Below, piece after piece: positions 1-12,234 of a DNA stretch of 64,000 nucleotides. The stretch comes from Octopus vulgaris (lineage: Eukaryota). The stretch's first letter is position 1. Each line of letters starts with the position of its first letter. The DNA lies in NCBI GenBank assembly GCA_951406725.2, contig OX597835.1, forward strand, positions 46,128,001 through 46,192,000, read 5' to 3'. The translations under genes and the position numbers were made by a program. The notes under the pieces are model-generated. The model was not told where the DNA came from. It saw nothing but the letters and a program-made list of their open reading frames with translations, and ran no database searches.

Positions 1-444
1 TAATTATCTGCCTTCGGCCACCCACCTGAGTCTTGGCTAATTTCTGTTATTGGAGAAGAACAGGTTATTTCAATGGGGTGCACTCCTACAGTTCTTTACG
101 TTCTTGTATGAAATATCACGCAGGGTAAACTTGCATTTCAACCGGAACCGATAGAATAAAGTACGAGTGAGGAGCTGAGTTCAATGGTATTGATCAATCC
201 CCTCATCACCTCGAATCGAAACCCGCTGTCCTAGGGCCTTGAATTAGAAACTTCGTATTTTCACAAGTTACGGATAGAACTTAGCCAAAATGGTTAATGA
301 CTTCGCTTAGCAATCACGAATTCATATGTTTAATTAGCCTGTGTTGTATTTCGCACGTTTGCCTTATTTTGCCATTGCTTGATAGTGAGTGATTCTTGTA
401 AGCGAATGAGCTTCACGGAAACTGTGCGGAAGCCTGTCGATTGA

Positions 445-608
445 CTGTACCTGTAATTCGAAAGATACAGCCTTGACACATTGTTTCGTGCTGATTCTAA
501 CTGAGAATTGTGTTAAGAGCAGACAGGTCTGTGGAATATTCAGCCACTTGCGCACAGTAATTTCAATGAGTATGTAACACAGTTGAATCCACGTCGTCGA
601 AACCAATG
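445..608 (+). mobile_element. Degenerate SINE 3' part (family E)
   Basis: TGTACCTGTAATTC...CAGCCTT...CGTCGTCGAAACC resembles the copies at 22248-22505 and 14491-14640. Confidence 0.4.
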
Positions 609-760
609 GTGATGGTGGTGGTGGTGGTGGTGGTGGTGGTGGTGAAAGTATCGGTGATGTTTGGTAGTGGTGTTGATGACGGTTTTCATGGTAGTGGTGG
701 CAGTAGTGGGGACGGAGCCTCTGATGGCGGTGTTGGTGGTGGTCGTGGTCGTGGTCGTGG
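607..760. repeat. (GGT)n/(GGTCGT)n microsatellite
   Basis: Direct inspection. Confidence 0.9.
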
Positions 761-901
761 CAGCGCATATAAGTTGTGAATAATGCGAGAATCGAAAACT
801 AAGTTTATATTATATCGGAATAAGTTCAAACTGTAAAATACAACCACTGCATTAAAGTCACTCGAATGTTGTTTCACACACAAAAAGGATAAACATACAT
901 G

Positions 902-945
<44 letters not shown>

Positions 946-967
946 TATACATATATATATATACACA

Positions 968-1013
<46 letters not shown>

Positions 1014-1345
1014 CATATATATATACATAAGTAAATATATTTCTAAATGTATGTATGTATATATATATATATATATGTATATATAGGTAGGTAGGTAGAT
1101 AGGTAGGTATGTTTAACTTCAAATCGAGATAATTCATTTTAAACATTCAACTAATAGATATTTTTCAATTTTTTTTCGTGTCTGTACAATTCTTTTTGTT
1201 TTTTTTTTTTACTTTCCACCATATTTGGAAACGATTTCTTCGCTTAATATCTATTTATTGATGTTTTTAATATTTTTATTGTTCTTGTTATTGTTCGAGT
1301 TGTTGTTATCAGTTTTCTATATTATCATGTTTACTTCTCTTTTAC

Positions 1346-1423
1346 ATTCTTCTTCTTCTTCTTCTTCTTCTTCTTCTTCTTCTTCTTCTTCTTCTTCTTC
1401 TTCTTTTTCTTCTTCTTCTTCTT

Positions 1424-1471
<48 letters not shown>

Positions 1472-1546
1472 TTCTTCTTCTTCTTCCTCTACTACTACTA
1501 CTACTACTACTTCTTCTTCTTCCTCTTCTTCTTTTTCTTCTACTAC

Positions 1547-1578
<32 letters not shown>

Positions 1579-1695
1579 CTTCTTCTTCTTCTTCTTCTTC
1601 TTCTTCTTCTCCTTCTTCTCTTCCTTTTCCTCCTTCTACTACTACTACTTTTCGTCTTCATGTTTTTCGTCTCTTTCTCCTTCTCCATCGAAAAT

Positions 1696-1746
<51 letters not shown>

Positions 1747-1765
1747 TGCTGTTGCTGCTGCAGCT
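1346..1765. repeat. Compound (TTC)n/(CTA)n/(CTG)n microsatellite
   Basis: Direct inspection; explains the poly-S/T/L/Y ORFs. Confidence 0.95.
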
Positions 1766-2352
1766 ACAACGTTCTCTATTTGTCATCATCATTATTGCTG
1801 TTATCCATGACGATGTTGTTGTTGAAGTTCTTTTCCATAAGGTTTGCCTTCTTTTCCTTTGTTATTACCAACACTATTCTTATCATTATCCCCCATCATC
1901 ATCATTACCATCACCACCACCATTCACCAGCACCACCTTCACCATCATCATCATCGGCATCATCTTCGCCGTCGCCGTCTTTACCTTCATCATCCATCAT
2001 CATCATATTCATCGTTTATGTTCTTTCTCCTCCATTTTACTTCCATATCTTATTCTTCCTCTTCATCGAATGTTCTACAATATCTTTTTCATTGTTGTTG
2101 TATACTAAATGTTATCACAGTTATTATCAAACAAATGAAGCAATGTATATATTTTTTTAAAAGAAATGTCTCGCCTTTCATTTATTTCATTTTTTTTTTT
2201 CTTCTTTTTGGCACTTTTTTTTCTGTTATTTCTTTAAACGAAACAAGAGAAAATTTAAACTGGAAATAGAATTATGAAAGAAAAACAAGACGGCAGAGAC
2301 TGAACGTTTTACGTGTATTGATTCTGTTTGTTTTTATTCAGTTGCTGTCTGG

Positions 2353-2520
2353 GGATGGTGATTATGATGATGATGATGACGATGATGATGAGGATGATGA
2401 TGACGACGACGACGATGAGGATGATGAGGATGATGATGATGATGATGAGGACGACGATGAGGAGGAGGATGGTGATGATGATGACGATGATGATGGCGAC
2501 GACGATGATGATGAAGATGG

Positions 2521-2569
<49 letters not shown>

Positions 2570-2769
2570 GGTGGTGATGATGATGATGGTGGTGGTGGTG
2601 GTGGTAGTGGTAGTGGTGGTGGTGATTGGGATGACGACGACGGTGACGATGAAGATAACGTTGATTATAAGGAAGAGGACTACGACGACGACGACGACAA
2701 CGACGATGACGACGATGATGGTGATGATGATGATGATGATGACGACGACGACGATGAGGAGGAGGATGG

Positions 2770-2814
<45 letters not shown>

Positions 2815-2920
2815 CGATGATGATGATGATGATGATGATGACGACGACGATGATGATGATGATGATGATGAAGATGACGATGTTGATGATGATGATGATG
2901 ATGAAGATTATGATAATGAT
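2353..2920. repeat. Compound (GAT)n/(GAC)n/(GGT)n microsatellite
   Basis: Direct inspection; open in several frames on both strands. Confidence 0.95.
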
Positions 2921-3079
2921 GACCATCACCAGAACAAAAACGACGACGCACAGCAGCACGACAATGCCGATCTCGATTATGCGAGTGACAATGATTGCGA
3001 CGTAGTTGTGTGGTTTACGTTCCCTCGATCCTCAATCTCTAACTGATGTGGCATGTGATGAAGAATTGCAATTCGCACA

Positions 3080-3240
3080 ACTTAATCCAAGTAAAACAAG
3101 CACAATATGGACACTGAAGCAGTTCAGTTCTCCTGAATAAACAAACATGGGAGACTTCTTCGGGACAACAGCGGGTGTTTGACAAGGATGCCTCCTCTCT
3201 CCCGGGGTTTTCAAATTATCCCCGGAGAAAGCGCTGATTA
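3080..3240 (+). pseudogene. RTE-like LINE reverse transcriptase fragment
   Basis: Translates FFGTTAGV*QGCLLSPGVF, the RT motif GVRQGCxLSP with an in-frame stop. Confidence 0.65.
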
Positions 3241-3585
3241 TACATCAGAGTAAAGAGGAATGCTGTGAGAAGGATGCTGTGAGAATAATTAAGAGGGCCA
3301 CACTCCGAATGGTTTTATTGTGCAGCCTAACACCAAATTCTACGTCCCTGCGATCTGTTGGATCTTCATAACAAATGCTAGTTAATCCATGGGTGGTGTC
3401 CGGGCAGGTGCTACTACTCCGGTTCAGGGTAAACCTAGGAACAATAAAGGCTACAATAAGGTTCCACATTCCTCAGAATACTGAAATTTCTGAACGAGAG
3501 CCTCACTGGTGGATACATTTTCAAGTCGTATTTAGGAGAGTCCTACATATATCGTGGCATATATTACTAAATACATAAACACATA

Positions 3586-3750
3586 GGCGCAGGAGTGGCT
3601 GTGTCGTAAGTAGCTTGCTAACCAACCACATGGTTCCGGGTTCAGTCCCACTGCGTGGCATCTTGGCCAAGTGTCTTCTGCTATAGCCCCGGGCCGACCA
3701 ATGCCTTGTGAGTGGATGTGGTAGACGGAAACTGAAAGAAGCCCGTCGTA

Positions 3751-3835
<85 letters not shown>

Positions 3836-4055
3836 TTGTGTGTCTGTGTTTGTTCCCCTAGCATTACTTGACAACCGATGCTGGTGTGTTTACGTCCCCG
3901 TCACTTAGCGGTTCGGCAAAAAGAGACCGATAGAATAAGTACTGGGCTTACAAAAGAATATGTTCCCGGGGTCTATTTGCTCGACTAAAGGCGGTGCTCC
4001 AGCATGGCCGCAGTCAAATGACTGAAACAAGTAAAAGAGTAAAAGAGTAAAAGAG
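3586..4055 (+). mobile_element. tRNA-derived SINE family A, full length
   Basis: A-box TGGCTGTGTCG, B-box GGTTCAGTCCC, CORE-like TTGGCCAAGTG, internal (TA)n(TG)n, (GTAAAAGA)n tail; many copies in the window. Confidence 0.9.
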
Positions 4056-4122
4056 CATACATTAATAAAAGGGAACTCATAAATCCTTACGCTTGCAATG
4101 TACATAAATACTCCCTGACAAT

Positions 4123-4351
4123 TACTCTTTTACTCTTTTACTCTTTACTCTCTTTTACTTGTTTCAGTCATTTGACTGCGGCCATGCTGGAGCACCGCCT
4201 TTAGTCGAGCAAATCGACCCCCGGCACTTATTCTTTGTAAGCCCAGTATTTATTCTATCGGTCTCTTTTGCCGAACCGCTAAGTGACGGGGACGTAAACA
4301 CACCAGCATCGGTTGTCAAGCAATGCTAGGGGGTCAACCACAGACACACAA

Positions 4352-4388
<37 letters not shown>

Positions 4389-4547
4389 CGACAGGCTTCT
4401 TTTCAGTTTCCGTCTACCAAATCCACTCACAAGGCATTGGTCGGCCCGAGGCTATAGTAGAAGACACTTGCCCAAGATGCCACGCAGTGGGACTGAACCC
4501 GGAACCATGTGGTTGGTTAGCAAGCTACTTACCACACAGCCTGCGTC
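4123..4547 (-). mobile_element. SINE family A, inverted relative to 3586-4055
   Basis: Reverse complement of the adjacent copy; tail-to-tail with a ~67-bp spacer. Confidence 0.9.
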
Positions 4548-4879
4548 TATCTTGTTTTTCTATCTAAATCTAATACATTTTCTGTTCCATTCTTATGCGA
4601 TTATTCAATTTCGTAATCTTTCTCGTTCCAGTAATCCCAACAGGATTCTGTGCCTCTGTTTCTACGTATCTAATTAGCTTCTTACCTATCTATCACTATA
4701 CCTAGATATATACCTGTCCTTATAGTTATATGTACATCCATATCAACGTATTGATTTGGGTTTGTTTAAACCCACTCATGTGTGTGTATATATTTATATA
4801 TAAAAACATACATATGTATGTATACATATATGTATGTGTATGTGTATGAATGAGTGTATGTGATTCTGAGAGTTTGTAC

Positions 4880-4948
<69 letters not shown>

Positions 4949-5451
4949 TATAGATGCTAAATAGAATAGAATGAGAAAACAAAACTACAGCTGTTTCTGA
5001 GATATCAGAGATATCCTTTCATCTGAGAAGAAGTGAAATGGTTAAATAGAAGGAAATATTAGAGTTCAATATAACGAGGATACATATATTTGTATATATA
5101 TATATACGCTGTATACCTATTCGTGTGTGTGTGTGTGTATGTGTATAAACGTGTGTGTGTTTGTGTATATGCATAAATATAATGTCTTTTTCTTTCTTGT
5201 CACTACCCTTATAATATAACCGTTTCGGCACCACTCAACTTCCTTAATAAATTTTATTAAGTTGCTTTTTATAATCTCAGCGCTAGCACACATAACAATT
5301 GGCACCATTAACAATTGACGCTTACAAACTCGAATACACATGTAGAAATATTTGCATGTGCTCCTATGTACATAGCCCACTCTGAAATATTTAATCTCAC
5401 ATGAGTAGGGTATACACAATAAAGAGAACCGCAGCGAATGGTTCTCTTTAT

Positions 5452-5501
<50 letters not shown>

Positions 5502-5744
5502 AACGAGAATTTAACACACCTATAATACAAGAAATAAGCAGACATGCTCACGCAGATAATTATACACATATATGCGTGTACACACATATGCTGAACAACC
5601 CAGACATGCAGGCTTCCTTTCACAAATATATTTGTAGGCGTGTTCTTATGTGTATGTAGCTATGTTTACCTGCATGTATTCATACATACACGCGTGCATA
5701 AGTATTTATATATGTATATATGTGTGCGTATGTATGCATGCCCG

Positions 5745-5777
<33 letters not shown>

Positions 5778-5780
5778 ATG

Positions 5781-5823
<43 letters not shown>

Positions 5824-6645
5824 CTACATATATATACATATGTATGTAAGTATATATCTAATGTGAATACATTTTCAAATGTTCCCACATATATCCTAAC
5901 AAAATATATATGCATTTGTGTGTTTGTGTGCATATCTGTTTGTGTATACACACATATAAATATAAAGATACTTAGATACGTTGATAAATGGGCAGATAGA
6001 TAAGTAGATTACGTTGTTTGAATAACTGTAATATATGTACACACACGCGCGCACGTATATATATATATATACACACGTATGTTTATATGTATGTTTGTAT
6101 GTATGTGGTGAGGGGGTCTTAAAAATAAATAAGGCTAAAATCGCAACGAAAATGGAAAATAGATATGACTTGATGAAAAGAGAAATATACGGAGCTGGTG
6201 TGAAAGAGGGAATAATAACGAGATTGGAATTTTGTATGGGAGGAAGAGGAAGAATGTAGGAGTATCAGACAGCGAGATTTTGGTTTAGAAATATTCCATC
6301 TCATGATTGAACAGACGTCAGTCTGTCTCCCCTGTTTATGGATTGTTTTTCTCTCTTCTGTATTTCTTGTTGTAAGAAATTAAATTCCTTGCATGTGTGT
6401 GTATTTATATAACTGTGTAAGTTATGTTTGCTTGTATAACTCTGTTTTGTGTGTGTGTGTATGTGTGTATGTGTATGGGAAAATGTGTGTGTCAGTACAC
6501 ACATGCATTTATAAATATATTATAAATGTATTACTACAAACATCTGCTTATGTTTTAACTTGACACACCCCTACTTACGAATGTGCACGCACGTACATAC
6601 ACACACACACACACATATATATATATGTGTGTGTGTGTCTTATGA

Positions 6646-6700
<55 letters not shown>

Positions 6701-7094
6701 CACATATACATACATGTACTTGTACGTATGTGTGTACTCATACATAGATATGCCTATACATGTTTATACAGATATTTGTAGCGATGTGTATACACATGCA
6801 AGTGGGGGTATCTGGTGGAGGGGGATATTGCTATAATTATCTCCATTTTCAAAGCTGTTCGATGATTTGTACGTATTTTTTTATCTATACTTTTTTTTTA
6901 ATATTCATTTATTTTAAATTCAGGTATTTTTTTCAAGATTCTAAAAGAAGCTCTTCTAAGTTTTCAATGATTTCGCAGAATTCTGGGATTTTCCAGATTA
7001 AAACTGCCACTCAATATACTTTGAAGAAAGATGCGTAGCTTTGGCAAGGGACGCCTTCTGCGTAAAAACCTAACGTTATTGAATCTTTCATAAT

Positions 7095-7277
7095 ATCGAT
7101 TTCAAATTTTGGAACAAGAGCAAACTGTTCGACGGGAGAGGGCATGGTGATTACATCGGCTCCAGTACTCATATGACACTCTGTTTATCAAGCCCCATAT
7201 GGTGAAATGCAAAGACGGACGAAATGCAGCTAAGCATTTTTGCTTGGTGTGCTAACGGTTATTCCAACTCGCTGCTT
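7095..7277 (-). mobile_element. Degenerate SINE family B
   Basis: Reverse-complement similarity to 23606-24003 and 44151-44585. Confidence 0.55.
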
Positions 7278-7632
7278 CATATCAATCGGCCATAATATTC
7301 TTGATCTAATTAGCTAAGAAAGTTTAAATGATAGAAACTATACGACGACGGAGGAAAGAGATCATTAGAGACGTAATGAATTATGTTTCAAATTAATAAA
7401 AAAATTAAGGGCCTAACGTAAACCTAATTTTAATTCAAGGAATTAATCATTGAGTCTCAATATTTTACAAAGCAATGAAAGACCTCTACATGGTCACATG
7501 ATTTTGTAGGAAGAGCATGTTGAAAGGAAAACAAATAGAAATTTCAGATATAGTATTAGTTACTGAATAAATATTCGAGAGAGTCGTGCCCGGAATGATT
7601 TTGATTGTCAATCTGTCAGTGATTATATTGAC

Positions 7633-7671
7633 TTTAATCATAGGTCATCTGATTGATGACCTATGATTAAA
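7633..7671. repeat. Perfect hairpin with 17-bp arms
   Basis: TTTAATCATAGGTCATC-tgatt-GATGACCTATGATTAAA. Confidence 0.9.
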
Positions 7672-8331
7672 CAACACAGTTAAACAACAGTTAAACAACA
7701 CGAAGCAATAAATATTTATGGATTTCATGAAGTCTCGAGAGGTGTAAGACAAAGTTTAGCAAAGCATCATTTCCTTCCTCGAATGTCCAATTCATTTAAC
7801 CCCAGGTCAACCCTGATGTAGCAGACTGACCCATTTTCAAATTTAATCCAAAATGATGCTCCTTTTTTTTCTCAGTTATGTCAACGATGTGTGCACTGCT
7901 TCAATACTTCCTTATGTAAGACAGTAAAGAATTACTGGGCGGTAATTAGGATATCTTTTCTTGTGTGATACAAAATGATACAGAGAAAAGTTCGTTGCTT
8001 TTTTTGAGACATGTGGAACAATGATTGTTAAAGAATTGCTACAATATCAACAACAACAATAATAATCTAATATCGAAATATAAGACAACCTTACATGTTT
8101 TTATTGTTCTATTGTGGATGACATGTGTAATGTTCGTGTCCAACCGTGTCTTTATTAACTTGAGAACCTGTTCTCTAAATTGTCAGATATTTACTAGCCA
8201 TTTACTAGTCTACCTATGATAATAGGTATAAATGCAAATTCATAATGGGACTAGAGATGGATTATGTATGTATGTATGTATGTATGTATGTATGTATGTA
8301 TGTATGTGTGTATGTATGTGTGTATGTTTCA

Positions 8332-8409
8332 GGTCACTTTCGAGTGCTACTGGTAACATATAACCCAGTACAACCTGTTGCATGGTCGGGTCGTCGGCGA
8401 CTAAACCGG
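8332..8409 (+). ncRNA. Candidate HDV-like ribozyme
   Basis: P1 GGTCA/TGGTC, P2 CCAGT/ACCGG, P3 ACA/TGC, L3 ACCTGT, P1.1 CC/GG, P4 TCG/CGA, J4/2 CTAA; G1 is the element's first base; several mismatches. Confidence 0.5.
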
Positions 8410-8885
8410 CAACCCCACCAAGCTTGCTTGGTGAGGAGGGTGTTTATTGGACACCCTGCGGGATGAAAAACAAAACCCGTCAAAGGGCGGAGGAACTCTT
8501 GAGAGTCAATGGCCATCCAATAAATGTCTTAAGGCTGTATCATGCGCGGAGACATAGAAATAATTGGACAGAATACACGATCGCGCGGTTAAACCATTGG
8601 GAGTGAAGGACTCCTAGCTTTTGTTAGGGCATCCTTCTAGGAGAAGGTAACTCAGGTAACTGGGATAACTCCGACATAAAACCTGCGGCTCAGTGGTTTC
8701 CGATGATGTTGACTTGTTCTTCTTTTCGGATTATGGCTGCTGTTGCTTAGTGAGTGGGATTGACTCAGTGCACTGCCTTTCCTCACTCGAAAAAAAAATC
8801 TTCTTGCACAGGCATTGCACGATAACAACATTGATTAAGCTTCGTGCAATGGCCATACTCGATAACGAGGGGGCAGCCACCACCA
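8332..8885 (+). mobile_element. Non-autonomous bipartite RTE derivative (5' UTR plus 3' tail)
   Basis: RTE 5'UTR-type motif GGGCATCCTTCTAGGAGAAGGTAACTC; 3' end TTAAGCTTCGTGCAATGGCCATACTCGATAACGAGGG shared with the RTE 3' end near 27731-27775; (ATGT)n tail. Confidence 0.8.
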
Positions 8886-8899
8886 TGTATGTATGTATG

Positions 8900-8933
<34 letters not shown>

Positions 8934-9479
8934 TGTATGTATGTATGTATGTATGTATGTATGCATGCATGTATGTACGTATGTATGCATGTATGAATGT
9001 ATGTATGTATGCATGTATGTATGCATGCATGTATGTATGTATGCATGTATGTATGTATGTAACTATGTGTATTATTATTCAGTTTTATTTCAAGATGTCT
9101 TGCCAATAGAGAAAGAGGCGGTCTGTAACCTACATCTAAGTCACCTCTATTAACATTTCAACCAAATAAACAGGGTATTTGTGCATGTTTGCGTGTATAA
9201 GTACAGAATTTGGAGACTGCGCATGTGCAGATTGGTATATCTTGTTTTATGTATGTATTTTCATGCCCACGTACGAATGTATATGTGCATGTATTCATGT
9301 ATGTGTGTCTATATGAATTAGAAGGAAAGTTTAGGTGTAGCACATGCAACTTCTTTGGTATCCCATGATGTAGAATTAGTCTTTCTTTTGGGCAATTGCA
9401 TTCCTTGCTTGGAAAGTAGGATTGGCACTACACGAAGCCATGCTGTAGGCATTGCCATCGCTGGAATTTTTTAATATCC

Positions 9480-9610
9480 CCATATATTTCACATTATGGA
9501 TGGCCGTAGGTAAGAAAGATAAAACATTCACTGAAAACTTCCACGATGAAATGAATGCATCTATTTACGTGGGAGGTGATCACTCTGAACATCTGCTGCA
9601 AAAGTTGTTC
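9480..9610 (+). pseudogene. Degenerate RTE RT fragment
   Basis: ENFHDEMNASIYVGGDHSE resembles RTE FHDGMxAxVxxxGxxSExF. Confidence 0.4.
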
Positions 9611-9884
9611 GTCGTAAATTTTATTTGTGCACAGAGAGTTAGTCCCTGGCAGGAAGGAAAAGTCACATCCGTGCTGCAAATGATTAAGTAAACAATCAGG
9701 TGATGGTATTGCTCGAAATGGAATTACAGCCACCATGTTTATATACACATACATTTACATAGACATAAACGTGTCTCGGTGTATAGATGCAAACATGCAT
9801 ACACACACATGTGCATATATGTATATATACTAATATATATACGTATGCGTATATATGTCTGTATGAGTTTCTGTATGTATAACC

Positions 9885-9965
<81 letters not shown>

Positions 9966-10147
9966 TCGCCATGATAGATCGTTAGCCACTACACATATTT
10001 TTTCTCTCTTCGTTTTTTCTGTGTACCTTTCTGTAGAAGAGCGTAGGCTCGAATCGTAAAAGACTTTTTCTATTTCTGACCGTTATACTAATACATCTGT
10101 TTGTTTGTACACCACCTGTCTTCGTCTTATGTTTTTTCATAAACTCT

Positions 10148-10150
<3 letters not shown>
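9966..10150 (+). mobile_element. ~190-bp hammerhead-bearing PLE pLTR-like element in (TA)n
   Basis: CTTT-CTGTAGA-A-GAGC gtag GCTC-GAATCGT-A-AAAG at 10027-10062; family copies at 10202 and 36749. Confidence 0.65.
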
Positions 10151-10201
<51 letters not shown>

Positions 10202-10407
10202 CGGGAAGCTTTATGAAAATAAACAAAAGACGAAGGCAGGTGGAATACAAACAAACAATTGTATTAGTATGGCGCTCAGGAATATAAATAAAACAAGTCT
10301 TTTACGTTTCGAGCCTACGCTCTTCAACAGAAAGATACACAGAAAAGAAACACGGAGAGAAACAGGGAGAGAGAGAAAATGCGTGCAGAAGCTAGTGAAT
10401 CAACATA
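10202..10407 (-). mobile_element. Same family as 9966-10150, inverted; hammerhead-like motif at 10298-10335
   Basis: Minus strand reads TCTTT-CTGTTGA-A-GAGC gtag GCTC-GAAAC-GT-A-AAAGA. Confidence 0.7.
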
Positions 10408-10418
10408 ACACAAACACT

Positions 10419-10767
10419 AGGTGTATGTGTTGTCAGTTTGTCGTGCGGCTGCGCTTTTTAGGCGTAAGAGAATATATTCTCAATGCCCTTGGTGTAAAAG
10501 CACCGGAAAGCAGGCCATACCAAAGTGAGACAACTCACATGAGATCCCTTTGTTTTTTTCAAAGCAACAGAGATTGATGTTTCTTGATTGTTGTGACTTT
10601 GCAATGCCGTTCTGAAAAACAAAAAAACAAAAAAAAAAAGGATAAGATGTGAGCTGTCTCATTTGTCTATGATCTCTTTCGGGTGTTTTTACACCAATGG
10701 CATTGAGATTACATTCTCTCACACCTAAAAAACGCAGCCACCCGAATGTCTAGCAACACACAACCCT
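10419..10767. mobile_element. MITE-like element with ~125-bp diverged terminal inverted repeats
   Basis: GGCTGCGCTTTTTAGG...CTCAATGCC...GGTGTAAAA...TGAGACA.CTCACAT is mirrored at ~10637-10762. Confidence 0.75.
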
Positions 10768-10821
10768 TCTGTATGTGTGTTCGACTTTCTTTATATACCT
10801 CGACCTCCTTCTAATTCATAT

Positions 10822-10879
<58 letters not shown>

Positions 10880-11254
10880 GCGCGTGTCTGAGTGCATTTA
10901 TGTTTGTGTGGGTGCATGCAGATGTGTGACTTTTCCTGGTTTTATATTTTGAATTACCAACGTAGCACGAGCCAAATTCTTACCTGGAAATATTAAAATT
11001 GTAGTTTTGTATACACACCTGCATTCATGTATGCATGACCAGACGCACACATGCTTACAGGCTATAGATATCCTTGTACATATGTCCCTTGTTACATACA
11101 AAACCTCCTGCATGTTGTTCATATGTTGAAACGCCCTTTAAAAACTTGTTGCTGTAAACGCTTCAGAAAGACAGTCCATGCAAAGTTGCATTTTTACCTT
11201 TATTTTTATCAATCAACTTTAATTGGAACATACTTATTGGAACATACTTATTGG

Positions 11255-11395
11255 AACATACTTATTTTCATCAACCATGAAAGGATAAATGTCTGTTAGC
11301 CTTAGCTGGATTTGAACTCAGAGTTCAGGAGGTCGAAAGAAACACTGCGAATCATTCTATCCACTGTTCCAAAACCTCCGCCGATTCACGGCGCT
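11255..11395 (-). mobile_element. Degenerate SINE family B
   Basis: GAAAGGAT...GGATTTGAACTCAGAG; preceded by three copies of ATTGGAACATACTT (11222-11263). Confidence 0.5.
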
Positions 11396-12234
11396 GAAAT
11401 GATGTGACGTTGTGTTGAGACCTTCATGCATTATCCAAGGACATTACTCACATAACTGTTATAAAAATACGTTTCTAGCTCAGGTTTGTCAGAAGTTTAC
11501 CTCCTATATTGCTTACGCTGGCTGTCGCCATTAAATGTTAAAATATTGTGTTTTTTTTTATTAACAGTATCTACTCACAGATCTGTCCAGTGAAGGGAAA
11601 ACATAACATAAAATATAAGAGGAAAACACATATATTATGAGAGTTTTTTTTACTTTAATATTGATTTTAGTTGTATTCTAGTGTTATTGTTTATATTTTC
11701 GCGCTGTTTTCTTTGTTCAGTTTTCTCTTTCAATTCCAATTTTGTCTTGTTTTGTTTTTAATGTACGCTAGAAATATTTATTACTTTGAAAGTGATAAAA
11801 GCTATATTATAAAATACTATATCATATGTTTTTATGTATCGATCTCTTTAAAGATAAATACAAGCCGAGATCTTTCCTGCGACCTCCTTTTTTTCGATTC
11901 TCTCATATAAGTATTACTTCAGTTGTCTTACTTCGATAACGCTTAAGTGAAAGATGTTAAGGTCGAAAGGTCTCCTGGTCTTATATCTAGTCGTAGTTTA
12001 AAAAAAAAAATAAAAACAGAGGAAATTTGAAAAATCGGCCTTCTGCCTTCTCAAAGGAGAAATAGGTGAAATAGCGTAAAATACATTTTATCACGTTACA
12101 TGACTTTTGATATAGAATGATATACGAGAGGTTTGGATGACTAACACCAGGAAATCGCATCATATGTGCAGGCATGCTTTGCGATTTCCTAACTACGTGA
12201 TCTCGTGTTCAATATTAACGCATATATATAAGAC

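Noticed and set aside
2318-3046. 242-aa poly-Asp ORF resembling an acidic biomineral protein
   Set aside because: Pure trinucleotide repeat, open in several frames on both strands, with no splice or domain evidence.
4986-5025. Minus-strand CAGATGA..GAAACAGCTGTA hammerhead-like motif
   Set aside because: Stems II and III are plausible, but U4 is mutated and stem I does not pair; at best a dead remnant.
11222-11263. 14-bp unit x3 as a CRISPR-like array
   Set aside because: No spacers; simple tandem slippage in a eukaryotic SINE.
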